Shown one piece after another: positions 54,875 to 64,000 of a stretch of DNA of 64,000 bases. The notes below the pieces were generated by a model. It did no database searches, was not told where the DNA came from, and saw only the letters and a list, made by a program, of their open reading frames with translations. Source of the DNA: Chlorokybus atmophyticus (lineage: Eukaryota; Plantae; Mesostigma and Chlorokybus algae); contig RHPI01000671.1 in NCBI GenBank assembly GCA_009103225.1, positions 195,350-259,349 on the forward strand, read 5' to 3'. The position numbers and the translations under genes are program-made. Each line of letters opens with the position of its first letter. Position 1 is the stretch's first letter.

Positions 54875-55580
54875 GCGTAAATCACAAGCGGCGATGCTGT
54901 CGCCTGCAACGCAAAATTGTAACTAGTATCATGGCAAGCTGTGCATGCCAACAGCTGACACAGAAGACTAATGCATGTACCGGACCGGCAACGCCTTAAT
55001 GCAGCATTCGCAAAAGCAAATGAAGATGGCACGACCATATGCGCAATCCAAGGACCCAGCGCACATGCGTAGCGCTAAGAAAGCCATTACGGACAAGCAA
55101 GCCCACACCGGCCGGCCAGCAGCACTGGCAGCGTGGCTACGTACAGCATCGCAGCCATGAGACATGTAACAACCCAGCCCAAACAAGAGCAGTACCTTTG
55201 CAGGCACAGCAGTCGTCTAAGCACGACCGATGCCCCCACCTCCACACCGACCTCCCTCGCCGCCGCAGCGGTCAAAGCACTCACAGACATGGCATGCAGC
55301 TTGCATGATGGAGTGCCATGCTGCCCTTGCGCGCTTGTTGGCGGTGAGGCCGCAGTGCGCGTCCTTATCGGGGCGCGCGCTGCGGCGCAGGAGTCGACCC
55401 CGCGAGTGGGCATCGCTTGGCTACTGACCATAGCCTAACCGATCGCTGTTTTGGTGTGCCAGCTGGCAGAAGGGTACTTGCGTGAGAGGGTTTGTGCTGA
55501 TTGCTGGACGGCGCGGCGGGCGGCGGTGGCGGTCGTAATCGTGGTCGTGGTGGTGGCTGGGGTGCCTTCTGTGGCTAGTC

Positions 55581-58500
55581 ATGGCAACCGCCAAGAAAGC
55601 GCAAGATGAGCGCAACGAGAAGGCCATTCGCGCCTTGCTGCGGCTGCCGGAGAACAAAGTGTGCGTCAACTGCGGCGCTAGGGTACGTGGGGTAGAGGAA
55701 TGTGTCAGCTCTGCTATGTGCTTTTGATTTCTTGCTTTGCGTTGCTTGGTAGTTGGTGATCTGGTCAGTAAAACGGTGAACGAGTTCGAGCGCATCCCTT
55801 CAAGACCGGTTTCTTGTTGGGTTGCGGCATGTTGCACTGCTTCTTGGGCAGTCATTGCCTGCCGTTCAGCATTGCTTCTTGTCAACTGCAGCATGGTAGG
55901 GACGCTTGCGATTCCGGGCAGTAGCGCATGCAAGTACTCCATGTTGAAAAGCCATCACAGACGTGGCTTGATTCTGGTTTGCAGTTGTGTTGTACGGCCG
56001 TTGCTGCTATTGAGCCTGTTAAGCCGTGGCCGTGATGAAGACTCTCATGTTGATCTGCATGTGGGAGCTCAGCAGCCTGTTGTAACCCGTCGTCTTGTTT
56101 TGCAGGGCCCTCAGTATGTCTGTACCAATTTTTCCACATTTGTCTGCACGACGTGCAGTGGGATCCAGTAAGTGTTGTGCGGCTAACGCAACAACATGAC
56201 GCACTGTTTAGGCTTGTTCTTGTGTTTTATGGAGTTGGTTGTAACCTGATTGTTATTGGCCAACTGACCACTGTGACCATGTTGCAGCCGAGAGTTTTCA
56301 CATCGCATTAAGTCGGTATCCATGGCAACATTTACACCAGACGAAGTGCGCGCACTAGAAGCTGGCGGTAACAAGGTGCGCTTGGTTGTCAAAGGCATTG
56401 ATGTCATTTACGGTGCCCTTTGCTGGTTGCCAGGCGCATTTGCACAAAAGTATATATGCTTTTCTTGCAGCTTCCAGTGGTGCTTCTCTGCATTTGCTTC
56501 CATGTAGCATAGCTTTGCAACCAAGCTGGTGCATCCCTGTGTCTGTAGGCTGCAAGGGACACCTACTTGCGGCGCTGGACAACTGCTGACCTTCCACTAC
56601 CAGAGCCAAATAGCAAGTTGGAAAGAATACGGGAGTTTATTCGCCTTGTATATGTCGAGAATCGATTCGGTCAGAACTCAGAAGCGGACTATCCCCAAGT
56701 AAGAACAACAGCATGCTAACTATTGTCGCTTGCTGATAGTGTGGCAGTCGGGCACCATCTGTCTAACTGCTTCTTTTGCACAATAGGCCGCAGATGCGCG
56801 GCAATATGACACACCAACATTTGCCCAGCTGCCTGCAAGCAACGGGTCCGCTTCAACAGCTCGCAGCTCTATTCAGCCATCCTTCCGGCAAAAAGAGTTG
56901 CCCGTGCGTCCTGACCTTCCTAATCCCAGTCTTGCTCCCCAAAGCCCAGCTGTCCATGCCATTGCTTCCCCTCCTGCTGTCATCGACCCTGCAAATGCCC
57001 AAGCGGCAGCACAGGTATGTCGCAGTACTTGTTGTGCACTTTAAGCTGTCACTTGACATGGCCAAGCCAGCCATGTCAGGTCAGCCTCACTTATGAGACA
57101 ATCCTTTGCAGGCTGCCCTCACAAGCGGCGTTATGGATGGTCATGCACGCAAGGACTCAGGAAGCTTGATTGATTGGGGGGATTCGAATGGCGCATCAAC
57201 AGCAGCTGCAGCAACCTCGGCTTCCGACCCGTTCTCATCAGCTGATGGTATAGGTGCTCGGTAGATGTGTTTTGATTTCTTTGGTTCATTTTGGGAGTAT
57301 GGCTTGACAAGGTTCGGGTATCCTTGTTATGCAGTTGCTGTGTGGTAGTCCTTCCATAGCATGCTCATGCCAGCTGACCGCTTGTGAGCATCGGTGCAGC
57401 GGCCCAACCCTCTCTTTGGGTGGCAGGTTGGGCAGCATTTGGCTCAGCTGCCCCGGCAATGCAAGCCACCGCACAGGCAGATGCTTCTTCTGATTGGGCG
57501 GCATTTGGCAGTGCAAGCAATGCGCCACAGCAGCAGCAGCAGCAGCAGCAGCCATATCAACAGCAGCAGCAGCCCCAGTCCTCCGGTTTTGGTGCCCCGA
57601 GCAATTATGCTCCACAAGCAGGCTTCATCTCGCAGCCAACCGGGTTCTCCTCCCAGGCAGGTAGCTTTCCAGGACAGCAGCCGCAACAGCAGCCTGCCTT
57701 TTCGCCAGGCGGCTTTGGTGCTCAACCGGGTACATTTGGCAATCAAGCTGGGTTTGGCAGCCAACCGCCACCCTCACCGTTTCCCGCTCAGCCCGTTGGC
57801 TTTTCGCCTCAGCAGCCGGGCTTTGCTCAGGCAGCAGCCTCATATGCAGTCCAGCATGCCAACTTCCCCGTACCGCAAGCGCAGTACGGTGCGGCTTTCC
57901 CTTCAACACAACCGCAGCAGCAGGGTGGTTTTGGCACTGATTTCAACAGCGGTCAGTTTGGAGGAGGTGCCTCCCAGTTTGGAGCTTCCGCACAGCCCGG
58001 TGGTGCTTCTAGCCAGCCCCCTGGTGCACAAGTTAAACAGGAGATTCCGGCTGACCTTTTCAGTAATCTGAACCCCTCACCCTATGGTCACCCCACACAT
58101 CCCGCCAACCGTTATATGGGCGCACAAGCTGCACCACCAGATCCCTTTGGCAACCTGGCCCCCATCCACAGAAGCTCTGTGCCTGCAGTTCCCCAGATGC
58201 CTCAGTTTGGCAGCAGCAATGTTGGAGCACAGCCTGGCAGCTTCGGTACGCGAAGAGTTTGTTTGGTTTTCGTTACTTGCTGTTCCCGCTATGAGTTCCT
58301 TATGCTGACAACCATTCGCATCAGGCGGCTTAGGGCTGGGTTCAGGAGGGTTTGGTGGCCCAGGTGGCTCGAATCCTGGCATTAGCGGAGGCAAGCTGAT
58401 AGCCGCTTTGTCTCAGAGCAGTTTTCAGGTCACTGCCATACTTATACATGTTACTGCAGGTGGTATGGGAATGGGTCCGGGCAGTGGTTTCGGCGGTTTG

Positions 58501-59077
58501 GGTGGCTCAATGCCCAGCAGTAGTGGGGGTGAGCAGCGACAATGCTTCGTGTAAGTTGCTTCTCTTCTTAGCATGCTGAGACCTGATTGCGCTAGGTGGC
58601 CTCGGCATGACATCAGGCTATGGTACCCCAGCACCAACACCAGTTGGCTTGATGCCCGGTGGCGGTCAGCAGGTGTGCGGTTGCATATCTCACATGGCGC
58701 TGAACTCTTGCATGCATCTGTTTAACACGCACTTCAACGCATTTGCCACTGGTTGTCAGGGCGGAGGAGCGGGGCAGTTCCCAGACTTCTCCGGTGGTTC
58801 ATTCACAATGGGCAACGCTCAACAGGGTGGCTTCAGTGGCGCACCACAGGGCATGGGCAACAGCCAGTTTGGAAACCCGCAGCAGTTCGGTCAGCAGCAG
58901 CAGCAGCAGTTTGCTGGTTTGAACCCATCATTTTCTCCGGTACGTTGCATGGTCAGTAGAACCTGCCTGGCGGCAGTGTTGTGTGCTCATCGGCAGTGTT
59001 GTGTGCTCATCGGGTGGTAAAAATTGCAGGCACCTCCTGCGCCGACTCCAGCGAACTATAGAAACCCGTTCGGGTAG
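55581..59077 (+). CDS. ArfGAP zinc-finger protein with FG/NPF-rich tail (AGFG1/AGD14-like)
   Basis: NEKAIRALLRLPENKVCVNCG, PQYVCTNFSTFVCTTCSGIHREFSHRIKSVSMATFTPDEV, a long Q/P/G region with FG, WAAF and DPF motifs, and terminal NPFG*. Confidence 0.9.
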
Positions 59078-59850
59078 GCCATACTGAGCGTTGGCTCAGG
59101 ACCTTGTAATCACTAGACATGTCAGCGCGAGGCAACAGTTGTTGCACAACAATGACTGCACTGGCTGGGCACATTGAGTGCATTTGCATGCTTCACACAT
59201 GAAGCAGGCTGTGTTTGTGCTGTTATGTGGCTCCTTGATGCACACTATGTACTTCTTGTTGCGCTTCTCGCTACACGCTAGGCCAGAGTGTTGCATCAAG
59301 CTCCAAGTGCATGAAAAGTGTGCACCCAGGTGCACATGCAGCAGACTCTGTTAATTGAATGTGGAAATCGTTTATATCTGTCAGTACACATATGCCGCAG
59401 CACTGTGGTATTTCCAGGTGCATGCTGTGTAAACTGTGTCATTGCTGCACCAATACAGCCTCAACCCCATGCAATTGCACAATCGCAATCCTGAACTGCA
59501 GGTTGTGCTTGCAAGCAGCTGACGCCGACTCCTTGGTAGTTAGTTTAGATACTCTTGCAGACTGACGTTCGCCACTGGACTCCAGTGACTGGAGGCTTCA
59601 AGAAGTTCCACAAAGCTGGAGTGATAAGCATCACATGTACAAACTTGATGAGCACACGTAGCTTGCTGATTACATCAGTAACCAACTCAAAGCCTCACTG
59701 TGAGTGTATATAAACAACATATTGCTGCAAATTGGACAATTCTCATAGCCACCACACAGCCGGTAAGCATGCTGGCTTGGGAAGGGCAGACCAAAGCTTG
59801 GTCCCATGCACTATCCCATCTTTGCTGCGTTGAGCCCAGAGCATCCCAAA

Positions 59851-61270
59851 TTATTGGTGTGGTAGCTGTTTCCTCTCCCGCAACAAGCTCTCAATAAAGA
59901 ATTCTCCTGCACGGTACGAGGAGCGCACAAGGGGTCCGCTGGCAACATATCTGAAGCCGAGGACATCCTCACCATACTCCCGCCAGTGCTCAAACTTCTC
60001 TGGAGTGACATACTCCTTGACAGACAAGTGCAGCGGCGTGGGCTGCAAATACTGCCCGAGGGTGAGGACGTCCACGCCGGCAACCTCGCGCAGATCGCGC
60101 ATGGTGGAGCGCACCTCCTCATCAGTCTCCCCCAGCCCCAACATGATGGAGGACTTGGTCACCAGCCCAGGAACAGCAATCTTGGCGTGGCGAAGCACGT
60201 CAAGGGTCTGGTCGTACCCCGCGCGGGGGTCACGGACGGGCCTTTGCAGCCGTCGCACAGTCTCCACATTGTGGGCAAAGACATCAAGTCCAGAGGCAGC
60301 AACAATCGCAACATGCTCAGGATTCCCACGGAAGTCACCCGTAAGACACTCCGCAAGAATATCCGGCCTCAACGCCTTGAGAGCGCGTACCGTGGCAGCA
60401 AAGTGGCCCGCACCACCGTCGGGTAGATCATCCCTGTCCACACTTGTCAACACAACGTAACCCAACCCCCACGACGCGATGGCCTTGGCGACATTCTCGG
60501 GCTCGTCCGGGTCGGGAGGCGCGGGGTTGCGCGAGGTCTTCACTGCGCAGAAGCGGCAGCCGCGCGTGCACGTGTCGCCCAGGATCATGATGGTGGCGGT
60601 GCCGCCAATGCCGCCGTCGCCGCTGCCACCATTCCAGCACTCGCCTATGTTGGGGCATTGCGCCTCCTCGCACACGGTGTGCAGGTTCAGATCCCTCAAA
60701 CTCTCCTTCAAGAACTCGTACCTAAAATAGCAAGATATATACATACACAGACCATGCACTGTTTCAGGTTCAGGCTATATTCACTAATTCTGCAAATCCC
60801 TTTCAGACTACAGCACTACCAGATCAAGCGACATTGCATGCAGGCATGCAGCTACTCAGCTCAATTCCGCATTCTGCAAGTGAAGACGTCATGCAACTAC
60901 TAACATTAAGCATTGTGCGTTATTGTTGAACAACTTTGAAAGCCCAACCCTGCTCGGACGCCGAACATTGCGGGAGCTAAGCCGCTCACCTCTCCCCTTG
61001 TGGCGCTCTTTGTCGCAGCCAGGGTGGCTTGCTGCTGCTGCTTTTGGCCGCAGCATTCGCCTCGCCTGTCTCCCTGATAGCTGGAGGCCTCTCTGGCGTT
61101 GCGACTGCCGCCGTCCGCTGCGTGGCTGCTCGCCGCCGCTGCTGCTTCTGCCGCCCACTCCTGTCAATTGCGGGTACAGCACCGCGCAGACGTCCAGCTG
61201 GCCTTCCATCGGGCAGCAGCCCTGCGTGAATTGAGCTACCCAATCCCACCACCACGCCCGCTGCCGCCAT
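59851..61270 (-). CDS. LIP1p: Lipoyl synthase, plastid type (radical SAM; 2 exons)
   Basis: [14 protein letters not shown]|[25 protein letters not shown] and RSSYRAGE. The [15 protein letters not shown] segment resembles the plastid isoform. The start codon is uncertain (61270 or 61426). Confidence 0.9.
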
Positions 61271-62239
61271 CTCCGCCGCCGCCGCCGCCGCCGCCACCGC
61301 CACCGCCACCGCCACCGCCGCCCCTTGCCGTCCACGTGGCACTACGTGCAGTGGCTGTCCGAGTTGGCAAATGCGGAGGACATCGACTTCAAGCAAGTTA
61401 GATATCGGCATTGGGATCAGCGACATCAACCTGTTAGTGATTAGATTGGTGCAACTAGTGCGTTGCGCGGCGCAACTAGGGCCTGGTGCAATCAGCAGTG
61501 CACACATGCGAGTCGTAGGTGGTACCAGCAAGTACACGCTGGCGAGGCTGCAACCTTGAAAGTGATTGGTTGCGTTTCATGATGCCCGGTAGCCGAGTGC
61601 TTTGCAAGCACGAACAGGCTGCTCGGAACAGCCATTGTCGTGCGTTGTTGAACATGAAGGTTAATGACAGTGTCATTAAGGTTAATGACAGTGTCATTAT
61701 GACACGAAAGCAGGCCTTAGGCTCTAGCTAAGAGCTCCAGCTTAGGGTCTCCTAGCCTAGCAGTTTTAGGCTTTCAGTGCCGTTTCATGACGATGGTGAA
61801 TTCGACAATGAAATCCCGCCACAAAGTTCACCTTCAAAGTTTAATCCAGTCATGACTCATGAGTGGAGGGTGCCGAAGTGCATGCACCGTGCAACGTGCT
61901 GGTTGTCACCGCAAGCTGCCGCAGCACAACATGCCTGCGTATCCCCCTACACCACTAGCCATAAAGGTCGCCCGGACTAGCCTACAGAGCCCTTAGCCCC
62001 TCCGCATGTCGCTGTACAGACGTGTGCCATGCGGCGCGTGGCCCAGTAGCGCTGCTGGCGGCGGCATTGGCGGCGGCGGCGACGGCGGAGGTGCTGCCGA
62101 GCTCGCTGAGCTCGCCGTTGTCCGCATCGTAGGTGTAGATAGCCATGCGTTTGGCCGCCTAATGCGTGCGGACCGCAAGGATCCGGCCATGCTGCTGCCC
62201 AGGCGGCGGCAGCGTGGCCATAGGCCTAGCTATGCCGGT

Positions 62240-64000
62240 ATGGCGCCGGCGCTACTGGCGCTGGCGCTGGCGTTGCTGTTGACGGCGCTGCCTACTGCAA
62301 GTGCCCAGTTTGCTACCGTCACGTAAGTGTTGTTGTTGCTCGGCCTAGCTCTAAGTGCTCTGGCATCACCATGAATGCAAACAGCAGCTACATCCAAACT
62401 CTAACATACTGTCATGCTTGCAGGGGTTGCGTCTACTGTGATATCTGTAACAATGGTAAGCTGTGTCAGCTGCGCTTGTACTCACTGTTTCACTCTGTAT
62501 GTGTGCTGATAGCTAGCAGGAGCAGATAGCAAGAGCAGGTAGCTCACTTAGCAGCAGAGCTTCTCACTTCTATACTTGCTCTCTCAGGCGTGTTCAACGC
62601 GCCAACCGACACGCAGCTTGCCAACGTCCTCATGCGCATAACCTGCACGAACAGTTTGGGTGTGGAGACGACTTCCACCTTCAGCACCGATGATTCGGGT
62701 TGCTACCGGCACGATGCCGTGCCTTCGGTAGAGTGGTACGAGTCTCAGGGTGAGATATATGCAGCATGCTCAGTACTGCCAGAAGACGCCAGTGGTGTAG
62801 CAACTTGCGGCAGCAAATCCACGAAAGCATGCGGGTCAGCTTATACCTTTAACGGCGACAATGCCTTACGCGCGGACATCGTGTACTCGGTGAGTACCAT
62901 GCGTAGCTTCTGTTGTATCAAGGCTGCTGCACAGAGGTATCGCAAGGAGTATGGACTGTAAATGGTATCAACGTGCAGTATGTACTACACATTGAACTGC
63001 ACATTGTGATATGCAGTACATTGTGCATTACATTGTGGGCAGAAACTAAGCTATGCATGTGTGTTGTGTGTGGTGCAGGTCCCTTTGCCGTTCTCTTGTT
63101 TCAGGCCAGACACGAGCCCTCAGAGCTGCTTTCCCTCGCCTCCCCCGCCCAAGCTTTTGCCACCTCCGCCCCCAACCCCACTCCCACCCCCGCCAAGCCT
63201 CTCGCCGCCTCCACCTTCCTCACCGCCTCCAACACCACCATCTTCACCGCCACCACAGCCTCCACCACCTTCACCACCGCCGCCGGGACCTCCACCTTCT
63301 CCACCACCTCCATCTCCACCACCACCACCGAAGCCCTCACCGCCACCACCATCTCCACCTGCACCGCCCCCGCCTAAGCCCTCACCGCCCCCGCCCTCAC
63401 CCCCTTCACCACCGCCGCCATCCTTGCCTTCCCCACCACCACCGTCACCACCGTCGCCACCGCCACCACGACCGCCTTCACCACCCCCACCTGTGATCTC
63501 ACCACCGCCACCGTCGCCACCACCACCCTCTCCACCTTCCCCACCACCTGCAAGGCCGCCACCATCTCCACCGCCGCCATCACCGCCTCCACAATCCCCT
63601 CCACCACCATCTCCACCTTCACCGCCCCCGCCTAGGCCATCACCTCCACCACCGTCACCATCACCACCTGCACCACCCCCACCTAGGCCATCACCCCCGC
63701 CACCCTCGCCACCGTCACCGCCTCCACCATCTCTGCCATTCCCACCGCCACCTCGACCTCCTCCTTCACCCCCACCGCCATCTCCACCTTCGCCACCCCC
63801 ACCGGTGCTCTCACCACCGCCGCCGTCGCCACCACCACCCTCTCCGCCTTCTCCACCACCTTCAAGACCTCCACCATCCCCACCTCCTCCATCTCCACCA
63901 CCCCCGCCAAAGCAATCACCCCCGCCACCAGGACCTCCACCATTCCCACCCCCACCCTCTCCACCTTCCCCACCGCCCCCTGGAGCACCGCCATCCCCAC
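62240..64000 (+). CDS. Secreted extensin-like hydroxyproline-rich glycoprotein with an N-terminal Cys-containing domain (3' incomplete)
   Basis: Signal peptide MAPALLALALALLLTALPTASAQ, a globular exon (VLMRITC...TDDSGCY, Ole e 1-like pattern), then more than 900 nt of SPPPP/SPP repeats continuing to the window edge. Confidence 0.85.

Noticed and set aside
63053-64000. Val/Gly/Glu-rich antisense ORFs and His-rich alternative frames
   Set aside because: Shadow frames of the SPPPP coding repeat.

Overview
Intron-rich nuclear DNA from a green-lineage (Viridiplantae) organism, most likely an alga. This rests on a plant-type U2 snRNA, a telo-box, several plastid-targeted genes of cyanobacterial type and the standard genetic code; the species cannot be identified from the sequence. 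Host genes in order: BELL-class TALE homeobox, SAMHD1/VEN4-like dNTPase, U2 snRNA, U2AF35, galactinol-synthase-like GT8, HOZ/HugZ-like heme protein, DUF3593, DprA/SLOG-like plastid protein, a 13-intron cytosolic HSP70, an SDR, an FG/NPF-rich ArfGAP, plastid-type lipoyl synthase and a secreted extensin-like protein running off the window. Exon boundaries were inferred by hand. Three things stand out. (1) A foreign-looking island between HSP70 and the SDR (about 45.3-51 kb). It holds a decaying virus-type fibre/S74-chaperone-like gene, an unrecognised spliced secreted protein with one frameshift, and a compact block of intronless CpG-rich ORFs cut by a transposon-like end. (2) An unclassified dispersed TIR element family with core CCACCGGGCTAC, seen as about eight copies or ends. 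(3) At least 8 GC-AG introns among roughly 90 inferred introns, far above the usual ~1%. There are three N gaps, at 10463-10708, 23501-23878 and 48314-48325.
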